From assembly GCA_013239625.1 (NCBI GenBank), contig MU053487.1, positions 2,501,058 through 2,565,057 on the forward strand: 64,000 bases of DNA, in the 5' to 3' direction. This DNA is from Lama guanicoe (lineage: Eukaryota). This document shows, in pieces, positions 24,904-39,400 of this stretch (position 1 is its first letter; each line of letters starts with the position of its first letter). Below the pieces are notes generated by a model that was given only the letters and a program-made list of their open reading frames with translations, had not been told where the DNA came from and did no database searches. The position numbers and the translations under genes were made by a program.

Positions 24904-25744
24904 TCTTGGAGTGTTAATCATAACACAGAATTGCCCTACCCTGATGCGTTAGCAATCCAGTCCTGGTCAGTCATGCTGCCACTGTGAGGAATGGTGCCAC
25001 AACCTACAGGGAAGGTCCAGGGAGGTGATTCTAAGGAGGTGGCTCTAATCAGTCAAGGGCAATACCCCAGGGTGGGGCCCAGGAGGAGCTCACAGGTAGA
25101 AATTATACACAGCATCCACAGCAGCTCCAAATTCACCATCAGGTAAAGGGATCCAGATGGAGTTGTACCAATAGTGACCACTACTGTGGTGTTAAGTGGG
25201 CATGAGCTGGGATGCAGTGCTTTTAGCATACTGATTAGGCAGCAGCCCTTCCCCACTGGTCCTCACTGGGAATTCAGAATCCCCTGGGTTTGTTCCTAGG
25301 GAACACCTTTGATCCCTATCCATGCCTAGGCTTCAGACATGCACCAACTGTAGAAACACATCTGATGAACGTGTCACTCCAGTGATGCTTAGATTTCAGG
25401 GGTACCGTGGTGGCCCAGAGAGCAGCCTCTAAGGGAGAAAGGAACACAGCCCAGTGAGCAAGACTTAGAAAAAGTGCCTGAATGTCCAAGAAGGGTGGTG
25501 ACAGAATGCGGAACTGCTGGCAGAAATGTCTCATTCAGGCTCTGTGTCCTGCTAGAAAGAAAAGGGTATAAATTATTATTAAGTGCTCATTAGGAACTTT
25601 CCTATGTTTTACGTCTGTCTTCTCTTTGGTCACCTCTTCATATGACACCAGCTTTGTAATGCCATCTTCTATACAGAGAACGAAGATAATTTGGTCTTTC
25701 CTCTTGCCTGGTTGTTCAACATTTTAATTTTCTTTACATAAAAA

Positions 25745-26915
25745 CCTTTTCTACTGAGGTATAGTTGATGCACAATTTTATATGTTTCAAGTGTATAACA
25801 CAGTGATTCACATTTTTGAAAGTTGTATTCCATTTATAGTTATTATAAAATATTGGCTATATTTCCCTGTGTTGTACAATATATTTTTGTAGCTTATTTA
25901 TATTATACACAGTAGTTTTGCCTCTTACTCCTCCACCCCTTTTAAAACATTAAAAATTAAAAAAATTTTAATTACAAAAAATTAATGTTTTATTTTTTTT
26001 AATGGAGGTACCAGGGATTGAACCCAGGACCTCATGTATGCTAAGCATTCACACTACCACCAAGCTATACCCACCACCCGAATCTATTTCTTTTTTGTTA
26101 TATTCACTAGTTTGTTGTATTTTTTAGATTCCACATGCACATGATATCATACAGTATTTGTCTTTGTCTGATTTATTTCACTTACTGTAATACTGTCCCA
26201 GTTGATCCACATTGTTGCAAATGACAAAATTTCATTCTTTTTTATGGCTGAGTAATATTCTACTGTATATACATATGTGTATGTATATACATACATACAC
26301 TACATCTTCTTTATCCATTCATCTGCTGATGGACACTTAGTTTGCTTCCATATCTTGGCAATTGTAAATAATGCTGCTATGAACATTGGAGTGCATGTGT
26401 CTTTTCAAATTAGTGTTTTCATTTTTTTCTCAGTATATACCCAGGAGTGGAATCGCTAGGTCATATGGTAGTTTTAATTTTAATTTTTTGAGAAACTGCT
26501 TTTCTGTTTTCCACAATGGCTGCACCAATTTACATTCCCACCAACAGTGTTTGAGGGTTCCCTTTTCTCCATATCCTTGCCTACATTTGTTATTTGTATT
26601 CTTTTTGTTGATAGCCATTTTGACAGGTGTGAGGTGATGTTTCATGGTGGCTTTAATTTGTATTTCTCTGGTGATTAAGGATGTTGAGCATTTTTCTTGT
26701 GCCTATTGGCCCTCTGTATGTCTTCTTTGGAGAAATGTCTATTCAGCTCTTCTACCCATTTTTTAATTGAATTTTTTTTTTGGTGGGGGGATAAGTTGTA
26801 TGAACTATTTTTATATGTTGGATATTAACCCCTTATTTGTCATATCACTTGCAAGTATTTTCTCCCACTCAGTAGGTTGTCTTTTTGTTTCGTCCAAGGT
26901 TTCCTTTGCTGTGCA
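25745..26915 (-). mobile_element. LINE-1 3' fragment (ORF2 C-terminus + 3'UTR)
   Basis: ORF 26430-26645(-) gives [36 protein letters not shown] (L1 ORF2 cysteine-rich domain). Confidence 0.92.
25985..26079 (-). mobile_element. Vic-1-type SINE inserted in an L1 3' end
   Basis: Reverse-complement head (tggaggtaccagggattgaacccaggacctc...gctatac) preceded by a T-rich tail. Confidence 0.85.
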
Positions 26916-27269
26916 ATCCACATTATTTTAAAATTAAATCTAAAGTAGAAACATTTCTTTTTGCTTCACAACTTGTTATGGAAACGTGACATGTCTTTAA
27001 CTTCCTCCTTCATTCCTTGATCAGGGGTTACTTCTTGTCTGGGTAAAAGTCCTCAGATAACACAGCCCTGTGATCTCACTCTCCTTGGTCTCCCAGTAGC
27101 TGCTGCCAAAGTGGCTGGTCCAGCTCAGGCCAGGTTCTCACTGCCCTGTTACTGTGTTTATCCCTGGGGGCAGAGGGTGGGGTGGGTGGTGAGTGTTGGT
27201 GCAGGAGGAGGTGGTGTGAGCCTGAGTCATAGTTGCCTCTGAGCAAGAAGCCAAGGAGCTTCTCATTAA

Positions 27270-27785
27270 AATTCTTCTTCTTGGGGTCAAAAACAGAACT
27301 CAGAGGCTAAAGGACACTGGTGGAGTTTTATTCCTGTCCCCTCAGTGCACCCCTCCTGCCTTCCAACTGTTGGCATCAGCAACTCACTCTGAGGGCTGTC
27401 CTCTGGCCACTGAAGCCCACTTTGTTCACCTGTGTGACAGGCTGCAGGGGTCCAGGAATGACTGCCCCTCCCCTCATTCCACCCCCTCTCCCTGCTAGCC
27501 TTCAACCAGCAATTAATGGAACTTAGTGTAAAAGTTCCGAAGCTCCTCATCCCTGGGGGGAATATCCGAGCGTGAGACTACGCTGGCTCGCAGAATTCCC
27601 CATCACGACTGAGCTCCGGTTGTCTCCATGGTAATGGACTTGGTGTCCAAGTCCTGTTTATTTGATTGTCTTTCCCCTACGGTCTCACTTCCCTTCCTAC
27701 TGGTGTTTCTTTAGCTTCCGAATGAACTGCTTTCATTTGAATCACTGTCTCAGCTTCTGCTTCTGGGGGAACCCAATGAAGATGA
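27270..27785 (+). mobile_element. ERVL-type solo LTR (LTR16-like)
   Basis: Ends in tgtctcagcttctgcttctgggggaaccca. Confidence 0.65.
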
Positions 27786-28013
27786 TAAGTGAATGAAGTT
27801 GACCAGGAGCAGTTGTCACTGGGGATGAGGTGGTGTGGACATAAGGCTGGCAGCCTGCTGCCCAGCCCAAGCCCGAGGGTAGTCATCAGGGCACGGAGGC
27901 TGGGGTGGCCTGCCTTGCCTCCACCTCTGCTGAATGAGTAGCGTGATTCTGGAGTGAAGGTTATTAGCAAGTGTATGAATCGTATAACAAGTCACTTACT
28001 CCATATAGCTCTT

Positions 28014-28265
28014 TTTTTTTTAAATTGAGGTATAGTTGATTTACAAAGTTGTGTCAGTTTCACGTGTACAGCAAAGTGATTCAGTTATACATTATGTGTA
28101 TATATATATATATATATACTCTTTTTCAGATCTTTTTTTCATTATAGGTTATTACAAGATATTGAATACAGTTCCCTGTGCTATACAGTAGGTCCTCATT
28201 GTTTACTTATTTTATATATAGTAGTGTGTATCTGTTCATCCCCAATTCCTAATTTATCCCTGCCC
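28014..28265 (-). mobile_element. Short LINE-1 3' tail with degenerate TSD
   Basis: Poly-T plus L1 3'UTR; flanks ccatatagctctt / ccatatcactctt. Confidence 0.85.
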
Positions 28266-30454
28266 CCATATCACTCTTATCACTCATAAAGCTGAAAAAC
28301 TGTGTTCTCCATCTGTCTTACCCCTGTGTTGCTCTCTTAGTTGGCTAAGAACTTGAAAGGAGAGGAAGAGTTTATTAATCGAGCCTCCTGAAACTGTTAC
28401 AATAAATAAGGCAAAATGGTGAGCAAAATCCAGGGAGCTGGTCAGAGTGTGGTTAGGTGCTGGCCACTGAGGGAGTGAGTAAATCTACAGTCCACAGAGG
28501 CAGAGGCAGAAGTGGGTACTAGGTGGCATACCAGAATAAGAGTTCAGAAACAGAGACAAGACAAAAGCCAAATAATGGGAACACTTGGGAATGCTGCGGA
28601 TGCGATACTGTTGATGGCAGTAGAGCTCAGTGACCAGAACTGAGTGCCTGCATCCAGAACGGAGGAACTCCCTCCCTGTTGATGCGTGGCTTGTGGGCAG
28701 GAGCCAGTCAGCCGCCTCCTTTATCAGGCTATGATTGGGCCCCACAGGGGCAGAAGGCTGGGCTGCAGCTGGGGACAGAAGAGAAACAACAACCAAGGAA
28801 ACAGGCTGGTACTGATGGATTCTGCAACCAAATAATTAGAAGACTAGCTCAGTTCTATCCTCCTTGCTCATAAAGGGGCAGCACTGTGCTTTGTCAAGGC
28901 ACAGGAAAATGCCATCCTTTCGTCTCTTTTCTCAGATTTTGCAGATGTCAGCCTTAAAAGCCTTCCTGCCTGGCTGGTATCTTTTATCTTCTCTGTCAAG
29001 GTACATGAATCATGAGGGAACACCAGCTGCTGTAAATGACTTCAAATTTGTCCTGATCCAGACAAGTTACGTACCAGGTATATAGGTCCAGACTCTGTCA
29101 GTTACAAAAGGCGTGACTAAAACCTGCTTAAGCAGAAAGAGAATTTATCGGTTCAGATAACTGGGAAGGATCATGGGCTAATTTAGAGGGTAGGAGGAAG
29201 AGCAAAGAATCCAGGGTCTCAAGGACCGGAGCCAGGGACTCACTGCCGATAGGACTCTCTGTCCATCCAGTTCTCAACACAGTTTGTCCCTGTTTTTCTT
29301 CGTACATTCATCTTACTCTCTCTGTAGGCAGGCCTTTGCAACACCCTTGCAACTCCTCCATCAGCCCCAGAGTCACACCCTCTCAGGCTTGACAACATCA
29401 GCAAAAAGAGATCTGTGTATTACTTCCCAGGAAGGAAGGACACTCATTAGCACTGCCTAGGTCTCATGCCCATTTCATGGCCCAGCCTATAATAGATTAA
29501 TCAACGAATAGTCTTGAATAAATAAGATGTGATGGCCCATGGGACAGTATAGTCCTCACTGGTGTAAATTAATAAATTTCAGTCTATATTAATAGCTTGA
29601 GATACTGGAGCATGCGCACTCACTTCTGAGAGCTGTCTGCTCTGGGTGCATGGAAGAAACAGTCTCTGAGCCTGTAAGTCTCTGAGAGCTTTGGTAAACC
29701 CAGCAAGGTAATTACATGCCACCCTGGAAGGTCTCCTGTATGGTCATCCAGCATCTCTGCTTCCTCAGATGACCACCTGTTGAGGGTCTATACTGTTGAT
29801 GGAACAGATACCTTTCCCCATTTGCATTTCTACACTAACAACTTAACTATGAAATGTGTATTTTTTTTCAAAATTTTCTTCACAATATCATTATGAAATA
29901 ACCATCAGATAAGATCTTATGGTTTCTGTTTCATAGGTAGGAAAGCCCAGATAAATATTAAGTAAGTCGGTGTTTCCCAAGGCATGTTTTACAGAACATG
30001 AGCCCTCTAAGTGATCCTTAAAAAAGGATTCTGTAGTCAATCCTGTGAAAAGGGATTCTGTAGTCAGAAAAGTCAATTCTGTAGTTGGTCAACCTCTGAT
30101 TGATTCACAATACTTGTCAGTGTATTAAAAGTTCTAAGGAGACTGAAGTTAAGAACTTACACAAACAGAAATCCGTTTAAATTTGACTCTGGCTAGTCCC
30201 AGAGGCAGAGGACGGCCAAGAAGATGGTTGGGAATGGAAAAGAAGTTGATGGGTGGTCAGAGGCTGGAAGGAAGGGTGTGGCAGGATCTGATCTGTCCAA
30301 ACATTTGAAGCAAAAGGCAGACCCGCCAGCTCTGCAGGCATACTGCCTCTTCTATCTTCTTTATCTCTTTCTGGATCAACATTTTCTCCCTCCTGGATCT
30401 TTCCAATCAGTACTTACACAAACTCAAGAGGCTCCCTAAATCTTTGCTTTTAAT

Positions 30455-30592
30455 GTGTTCAGATGGACATCACTTAGGAGCCTGCCAGAAATGCAGACTC
30501 TCAGTCTCCACCCTGGCCGGCTAAATTATCTGTGGTTTAACATGATCCCCAGATGACCTGTATGCACAGTAATGCTTGAAAAGGCCTGCTTT
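30455..30592 (+). mobile_element. MER5A (hAT-Charlie)
   Basis: catcact..ggagc.tg..agaaatgcagactctcag...tttaaca.gatcccca.gtga...gtatgcaca..aa.g.ttga. Confidence 0.75.
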
Positions 30593-30904
30593 AAACCAGG
30601 ACCAGGTTTCTCTTGTAAAAATGAGAATCAGATCTTATCTAATCTCCCCTGAAAAACCGTGTTCTTCCCTATTCTTTCCTTCCCTCCCTCCCTCCTGCAA
30701 CTGCTAACATTTCCCAAAACTAGTTTTCCAAGAACGCTCTTTGGTAAACACTGGGCAGAGTCATTGGTCCCACCTTGGTGACAGCACCTGACTTCCTGTC
30801 TCTGTGAATTTTGCACTAGGTGAAGTGGCCTAATCAGAGTGCTGAGTCCACCTGTAGAGGCTTCTGTGCTCTTAATTGTTGCAGAAGTGACGTTTTCAGA
30901 GCAT

Positions 30905-31288
30905 GCCAGTCATTTTCCAGTTTGTTCTCCAGTTCCATGCTCCACTCTTGGTATGGCAAGGGGCTGACCCTACAGCTACGTTTCCCAGGCTCTCTTGCCA
31001 ATCGAGTGCTGCCAGTGAGAAACGCTGGCAGCAAATCACAGATGGGAGGAAGGGGAGTGTCTCCACCGAGGTGGCACCACCGTAGTGGTTCCAGTCCTGC
31101 TCCTGCACTTGGTTAACTCTGCCTCCTGCCCTTGTTCTTCCAGCCCTGGGGATGGTAGCCGCTCCCTGCTCTTACTAATCTCTAGGTTGCAGCTCTTGTT
31201 TGGCTTTTTGGCTTTTCCAATACCTATATAACTAGTTCCCTGTACCTGGTATGGGTTATGTTTTCCTGAGTGGACTTTAACTGATACA
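30905..31288 (+). mobile_element. LTR33-like ERVL solo LTR
   Basis: ctacgtttcccaggctctcttgcca... body ending ttttcctga.tggact.taactgataca. Confidence 0.65.
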
Positions 31289-33667
31289 CGGAGGTATTGG
31301 AAAATGGGATTGGGGGAGGAAGAACATTTGAGAAATAGGCAAATTCTATTTGACTTGGTAGTCAAGGCTGATCAGGGAAAGTGATGGAGACCAGGAGGCA
31401 GTGGTAGCCCATAGGTGTTATGAGCTCTTACCAACCATCATTCTAACAGTGCTTTCCTTTGTAAGTACCATCCTCCACCCTAGGGATTGTGGGGAAGTTT
31501 TAGGAATAGAAAAAAGGGCAGATTCCAGAGGCCCATCCATCTCCCTGGGCATGAGTGATTCTCTCTGGTGCTTGTCAGTTAAGTCACAAATAGGTCAGTG
31601 TTATTGTGCAGTTGCTGGGGTGGAGGTCAGAGGAGTTGTCCCACAACAGAAGCCTCTTCATCTGGGAACAGGTTGCGGACAACTTCTTTGGGCCGCATCC
31701 ATAACCTGCCTGGGTTAAGCCAGCTGCTGAATTGTCACGGTTGGTGGTTGGACCTATTGTCGAATGTCAATATTTTCACAGTCATCCCACACTGCTGAGC
31801 TCCAGCTCACCCTGGCATCTGTCCCTTGGCCCTGCGAGGACAGGCAATTCTTTTCATACATAATAGGAAAAGATAGAGAGACACTGTCTTTCTCTCAAAG
31901 AGTGTTCAATTAAGCGAGCCGTCACGCTCTGAATAATGCCCTTTCAAATGGAGGAAGAACAGAATTCTAGATTCACACCCTTCTGGGACATTTAGGGAGG
32001 GCAGTTTACTGAGTGTGTTTTTGCAAGATGATTCTGTGATGAAACCTTAAAATCTGAAAGAAGTACTATATATTTATTCAGAATATTGTGTGAGTGTTCG
32101 TATATATACATAAAAACCCATCACCCTTCAAATATCCAATGCTTAGGACGGGAGAGAGAATTACCCTGTGCCTGGAAGTGTAGACAAACAATGCTGAGGC
32201 TGAGAGGGCAAGGCAGACGGGAACTCCACACAAGCATGCCCATCAAACAAGGTGTCTCTCAGCCTCTCTGGAGGTTGAATCTGGAACTACTGGTCCCTAG
32301 GCGTGCCCCTGGGGAGCTACTGAACCTGGGGAGGGGTCTGAGGTGAGGGCATTCTCTAGGAAGTAATGCTTCTCTGCCTTTCATGAGCTCAAGTTGCAGC
32401 TTGGCCTGGAGATGGGATGGGTGGAGCTTTTGACTGAGACTAGAGGCCCCAGGTTTCTGCTCAGAGTGACAAGAGGGTGATTCAACACTCTCCTGGTCGC
32501 CATGGCAACCGTAGAGGGGAGCTGGTGGGTAATGACCCCTGGTAGAAGGTGGACACACGCTCTTCCTCCTCCAAAAGGCGAAAAAGTGCAGCCACAAGCA
32601 TCTCAGATCGTCACATATGTTTTCCATCTGTCCTTTTGCCCCCTGGGGTTGAAAAGTCAAGCCTGATTTTTAAAAATAATGCCTCATTCACTTTAATTTT
32701 CTTCATCTATTCCTAGAGGAGCCTAGTGCCTGAAACCCCTGGTTAAGATAAACATCCTTAGCTTTTGTGTTATAAACAAATTTCTATGGTTAAGAAAATA
32801 TCAATAAAAAGTCTTTTTTTTAGCTCTAATTTTCTTTAATTACAAGTACGATCTTTTAAAAATTATCAATGACAGGAAAAGACTTACAGTTTAGAATTTC
32901 CTCCCTTCCCCCTAAGGAGACAGTGGGCAGTGCCTAGTAATCAGAGGATCTTTATTTTTTATTTTTGCTAAGTGCAAGATCAACTTTCTGTAACAGTCAC
33001 CCCTCCTGTGCAGGACAGAGTTAAGTGATAGATGTGGGAACAAAAGTTTGGAGAAGTGGGGCACAGGAGGCTCGCTGCAGGAAAGGAGAGACGGGGTTGG
33101 TCAGAGGCCTTGGAGCTGGTGGAGGAGGCTGAGTCAAACTACACTGACCTCTGCCTGGGGAGATTAGGACATTGACCCGCAGGCAGCGGGTAGGATGGTT
33201 TGGGGAGAAAATGTATGTTTAATAAGATTTTTTGGAAATACCATGCACTAGATAATGTAAACCATGACGTTTGTTCCCCCTAGAAGATCTTGGTTCTAGA
33301 AATTCTAGATTCTGGAGTAATGTATCCATGTTTCATTATTGCATAGAGGAGTCTGTTTTCCTTTGGAGAGTCAGTTAAAGTAGTGTCCTGAGATGGAGGC
33401 AGGAAGGGGACAACGACACGCCTACCTTTGGGGCTGAGCCACATCTTTGCTTTTGTGAGTGTTATATACACATTTTAAATATTCAAAGCATAAAGAAACA
33501 TACAAAGTGAAAAGAGAAATTTGCCCTCACCCTGTTTTGATTAATTACACTATTCAGGGTTAACTTATCCACAACTAATAGTTTGAGGTGTATCCTTCAA
33601 TATTTTTCCTATGCATTTATGGACATGTGCACAATTGATTACTTATCTGGTTCAAAAAGAATTTGAG

Positions 33668-33803
33668 GATGGAGGGTATAGGTCAGTGGTAGAGTGTGTG
33701 CTTAGCATGCACGCAGTCCTAGGTTCAATCCCCAATACTTCCATTAAAAAAACAATAATTTAAAAAAATTAAAAAAAAATCATGTCCCTCCCCCTACACA
33801 CAT
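33668..33803 (+). mobile_element. Vic-1-type SINE
   Basis: tRNA-Ala-like head, A-rich tail, TSD-like aaaagaatttgag / aaaagactttgag. Confidence 0.85.
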
Positions 33804-33852
33804 AAAAGACTTTGAGATTGAAAACAATTTCTCTTTAAAATTTTGAAGAGCA

Positions 33853-33935
33853 GGGAGGGTAATAGCTCAGTGGTAGTGTGCATGCTTAGCACGCATGAGG
33901 TCCTGGGTTCAATCCCCGGTACCTCCATTAAAAAT
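33853..33935 (+). mobile_element. Vic-1-type SINE (short form)
   Basis: gggagggtaatagctcagtggtag...gaggtcctgggttcaatccccggtacctcca plus a short A tail. Confidence 0.85.
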
Positions 33936-36499
33936 AATTTTTTGAAGGTATTGCTCTATTGCCTATTTCTTTTTTTTTACATGTTAAAAATTAATTTTTG
34001 AATAGTTAATACATACTTGGGGTATGAATTTGAAAGATTGAAAAAGGATATAAAAGTTGATCCCCTCACCACTGATACTTCCAGCTGCCTAGTCTCCTTC
34101 ATTGGTGGCAACTACTGTCACTGGTTTCTTATGTCTTTCCAGATAATATTCTGTAATATCTGTGTGTTTACAAACACACACACACACACACACATATTGA
34201 ACCATATGAAATTGCCATTTTTGGATTTAAAAATCAGCAATTTCATGCAACTTAACCTAACATATCTGAATATAATTTTTAATCACACTAATGTAGCATG
34301 CTGTATACACTGTAGTGCACTTTGGTTTCTGACTTAACATCTTGAGATCTTCCCACATCTGTATGCCTAGAGCCATCTCATTCTGTTTCAATTTTGTCCC
34401 TATTTATTTGTTTTCATGGTGAACTGTTATTATTTTAAAATTTACATACAGTAAAATTGAATCTTACTTTTGGTACATAGTTCTGTGTGTTTTAACACAT
34501 GTACAGATCTGTGCACCCACCACCACGATCAGGAAATGGAAATCACCACTAATGATATAGAAGGAATCCTTCTGGAAGGCACTCCAGGTTCTCCCCTCAA
34601 ACCTCCCTCCCCATTGCTATGCCTTACCTACACCCCAACACAATATTTTCCTTCTAACACAGTAGATTAGTTTTGCCTGCATGAAATAATGTAGTATACA
34701 TTCTTTTGTTTGCCTTCTTTCACTCAACATTATATAAGATTCATCCATGTTGTTATGTGATTACTATAGAGCACAAATTGCACAATATTTCATTATTTTG
34801 TAGCGTTTTTTGACATGCAGAGTAAAAAAGTCTTTAATATAGATTGATAAGCTGTTTTTTTTGCAAAGGTTTCTGGATTTTGTGTTAAACTTAGAAAGGC
34901 CTTTAGCACTCCAGGGTTACAAAATAAACTCTCCCATGTTTTCTTCTAGTACTTCAATAATTTCATTTTTCAGGTGTGAGGAATGAATCCAACTGTTTTT
35001 TTCCCCCTCAAGATACTAACTTATTATCCAAATACTCTTAATCCTCATGGGAAATTTTTAATGGATACAATGACGTATCTGCATTTTACAGATGAAGAAA
35101 CAGACACATACAGATGTTCAGTCATTTCACCCCATCACAGAACTAATAAAAGGCAAAGCTGGGATGTGCACACAGCCAGCTGAGTTTAATGCCTACATGC
35201 TTGTTCATTATACTACCCAGCTTTTCCACCTACACCATATCTTGAGTATGAGGCAAGAATCCAAATGTTTGCGAGAGTGAATTTGTTTACTTAGGAGTCT
35301 GATTATCACATAGTTACTCAGTAGGAGCAGGGAGTTTGACACTTCACCTCCATTCCATCAACCCTTCTCTTTGTTACCAAGAGGCTTCATTCTTGGTATA
35401 AGATGTTTTTTCCCTCTCAGCCAAGTGTTGGGTTTTCCTTTCCAAGGACCCTTCTCATTAAATTGTTGAGTCATCAGCTGTATAAACATGTCCTAAGACA
35501 TGTCATGGAAACAATTACAAAACTGTTAAAAATTAAATTGAACTAATTTTAAAAATTGAGCAGGGTGTGTCTCAGAGAAGAGAAGGAAATGTTAAACACA
35601 TTACAGTTGGAGACCAGGATAAAGGGCAAGAAGCCTGAGGTCAGTTTCTAGTTCTGTCACTAGATCATACGACTCTGGGAAAGTCATATTTTGGCTCTTG
35701 GCTGTGCAAGAGCAATAAGAATGTAGCCCCTCACTTTTCCTTAATTTACTTACTTCTGCCTACACTGGGAATTAAATTAGAAAGAAACCAGAAAAAAATT
35801 TCTTTAAAGGAAAGGCCCCCCAGATGAAAAGTAGGTTAAATTCCTGAGAGAGTCATAGTCTAAGTTTAGGTACTGATATGTAGACCTTTCTTTCATAGAA
35901 GGTCTTCCAAAATTTTATAAATTTAATTTACAAAGCCATAGTGTTCTTTTGCAAAAGTGAATATGAAAAACATAATATATTTCAAAGTGTTCCTGTGAAA
36001 TCCATTAAAACAATATAGTAATACAAGTATTCCAGCGCACTCCCGAGCTCTGTTACTTGCTACGGCCAAAGTGTACACATATATACATATATAATACACA
36101 CACATATATATATATATATATATTCCTCCTCCCCCCACCCCTCCCTGCATACGAATGCTGGCAAATCTGGTATATGAAGAATAACACAGCTGTAGCACTT
36201 CCACATTTGACGATAAGCTGTAGCTCTCAGTGTGCAAAATAAAAAATTTTTTTGAACCAGGAAAAATATATATGTTGGTGAGGACACTTGGATATCAGTC
36301 AGTAAATTATTTTGGAGCAAAGTGTTTGAGAACATGGGGAAATCTATGTCAACAGGAGTCTATGCCTCCACAGTAAGGGATCCAGAGGCAGGTGTGGGTT
36401 TTAGAGCCATGAAAGCTCTGGATTCATATGCTGCCTCCACCAGGTCAAAGCTGTGTTACTTTGGGTGAAATTCTTAACCTTTCTGAGCCTTGGATTTTT

Positions 36500-39400
36500 C
36501 AATTTTGATTAAAAATTTTTCATATAGTGAAGATTAGCATTTGTGGTATGTAGTTTTCTGGGTTTTGACAAATGCATAAAGTTGTATATCTACCACTATA
36601 GTTATGATATGAACTGTTTCATTATCCCAAAGATCCCCTCATCCTGCCCCTGTGGAGTTAACACCACTGCCACCCCATGTCAGTCCTGCCCCCTCAACTC
36701 CTAGCAACCACTGGTCTGTTCTCCCTCCCTATTTTAGCTTTGCCTTTTCAGAATATCATGTAAGTGGTATCTATTGGGCTGCACTCCACAGATCTGCAAG
36801 CCTTGTTCTTGCCCAGCCTCAGAAACAAAAAAAGAGCCCACAGTCAGCAATAGAGACATCAGTGGTTTAACAGATGGGGATCTTACATGTCTGAAGCAAG
36901 GTCCTGGCATGACACCCCACCACGTGGGCAGATGGCGGGAGGGACAGTAGTCTTTTGGGAGAGGGAGATTAGTGATGGTATCAGTATTGTAATCAGGGGA
37001 AATTGACATCACCTTGGCTCATCGGTTACCAGGGAAACCAGCAGAGGAGCAAGCCCCACAACTCCTCTTTGATAAACTATCCACAGTGGAAATGTTCTAG
37101 CTGGGGCGGGCAGTGTAGGGTGGGCAGGGTATGTAGGCATTTACAGATTAGGCTCTGTGATTAGGAGAGAAGTTCAGTCATGTGAGTAAGTGTAGGTGAA
37201 GCAGGGACGTTGGGCAGGGGGGGTATAGAGAGCAAGGAACGGCCACCTTGACTGGCCTGACCATATGGAATCATATGTATGTATGGTTTCTTTTGGGTCT
37301 GACTTCTTTTACTTAGCAAAAGTTAAGGAAATCCAATCCATTCAGGTTTTTGAGGGTATCTATTCTTTGTTCTTTGTATTTCAGAGTAGTATTCTATGGT
37401 ACGGAGGTACCACAGTTTGTTTATCCATTAATTAACTGAAGGACATTTGGGTTTTGATAGTTTGTGTCAGATATCCCCTTATAATATCTGTAGAATATGT
37501 GGTGATATCCTCTGTTTAATTCCTAATATTGACAATCAGTGTTTTTCTTTCTCTCCGTGAGTCTTATAAGGGGCTTGCCAATTTTACTAACCTTTTCTAA
37601 GAACGAAAGTTTAGCTTTGTTGGTTTTTCTCTATTGTTTGTCTGTTTTCTGTTTCATTTTAGTTATTTCATTCCTTTATTATTTCATTCCTTCTACTTAC
37701 TTTTGATTTTAATTTTTTCTTCTTTTTCAAACTTCTTAAGATGGAAACAGACTATTGATTTTCAGTCTTTTTTTCTTTTCTAATATAAACACATAATAAA
37801 ATAATTTTCCTTGTAAGCTCTGCTTTAGCCGCACCTCACAAATTTTGATATGTTCTGTTTCCATTTTCATTCATTTAATATATTTTCTAATTTCCCTTGT
37901 GCTTTGTTCTTTGGCCCATTGACTATTTGGAAGTGTGCTGCATAATTTCCAAATATTTTGGGGTTTTCTAGCTATTTTTTTGTTATTGATTTCTAATTTA
38001 ACTATTTTGTGGTCAGAGAACACACTATATGGTATTAATCCTTTGAAATTAATTGAGACCTGTATTATGAATTAGCATATGGTCTATCTTGGTGAACGTT
38101 CCACGTGTATTCAAAAAAACATGTATTCTGCAGTTGTTGGGTCTTTAAAAAGAAAAATCATTTAGACAAAGTTAGCTGACCCAACTTCTCTACATCCTCA
38201 CCATTTCTCTGGTCTACTTGTTTTATCAAGGACTGAGAGAGGTGTGTTAAAATCTCTCTCTATGTATATGTTACATTTATCCTTTCGTTTCTGTCAGTTT
38301 TTGCTTCATGATTTTGAAGCTCTGTTATTAGGTAGATACACATTAAGGGTTGTTATATCTTCTTGATGAATTGATCCTTTTATTATTCTTAATGTCCTTT
38401 ATCTTGGTAATACTCCTGGTCTTGAAGTCTACTTTATTTGGTATTGATAGAGTTGTGCCAGTGTTCCTAGGATTCCTGTTGGCATGCTATAGTGGATTTC
38501 CTAGAGTGCGGTTCAGATGTGCTTTCAAGACTGAGGCATTCATCCCCCAGCTACTGGTAGTGTGGCTGCAGGTGGCTCACGCCTGTCTGTATTGTCTTCG
38601 GCTAAAGGTAGCTGCCTTGTACAAAGTTACCGTCACCTCCTCCTCACTCTCCACCCGAGTTCCAACAAATCTGTAAGCGAATCTCAGAGTCTGTTACCAG
38701 GGAGACTTGATTTGTAACACATGGCATATCCTTTTCTGTGTTTCTACTATTAACTTACCTGTGTCTTTACATTTAAATTGCACCTGTTATAAACACCATG
38801 CAGTTGCATCTAGCTTTTCTATTCATTATGACCATTTCTGCCTTTTCACTGAAGTATTTAATAAATTTACATTTAATGCGGTTTTGGGTTTAAGTCCACC
38901 ATCTTGCTCCTTGTTTTTCATTTGTCACATTTGTTCTTTGTTCCTTACTCTCTCCATTGTTGCTCTCTTTTTGATGACTTGGGTACTGGTAGCATTGTAT
39001 TTTACATCTTCTATGGGAGTCTAAGCTGTATCTTTTGTTTCATTGTTCCATTTTCTTAGTGGTTGTTCTAGGTGTTCAATATGCATCCTTAACTTATCAT
39101 ACTCCAACTTGAATTAATATTATACCACTTCACACAAAATGTAAGAACCTTACAACAGTAAACTTCATTTACCTGCTTTTTGTCTTTTGTGCCATCGCTG
39201 TCAAAGATTTTACTTCTTTGAATGTTAAAATCTCCACAATATAGGGTCATTTTTTTTAAACAGTCAATTTGATTTTAAGGAAATTAAGAAAAGGGGGAAA
39301 AAAAGTCTTTCATATTTACCTCCTTATTTACTATGTGGGGAGCTCTTCTTTCCCTCTTGTATATCTGCCTGTTATCATTTCTTCTCTTGAGTACTTCTTG

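Noticed and set aside
33853..33927. tRNA-Ala(AGC)-like genes (here and six other copies)
   Set aside because: Extra 5' G bases, A-rich tails, TSDs and stem-breaking substitutions indicate SINE copies, not functional tRNA genes.
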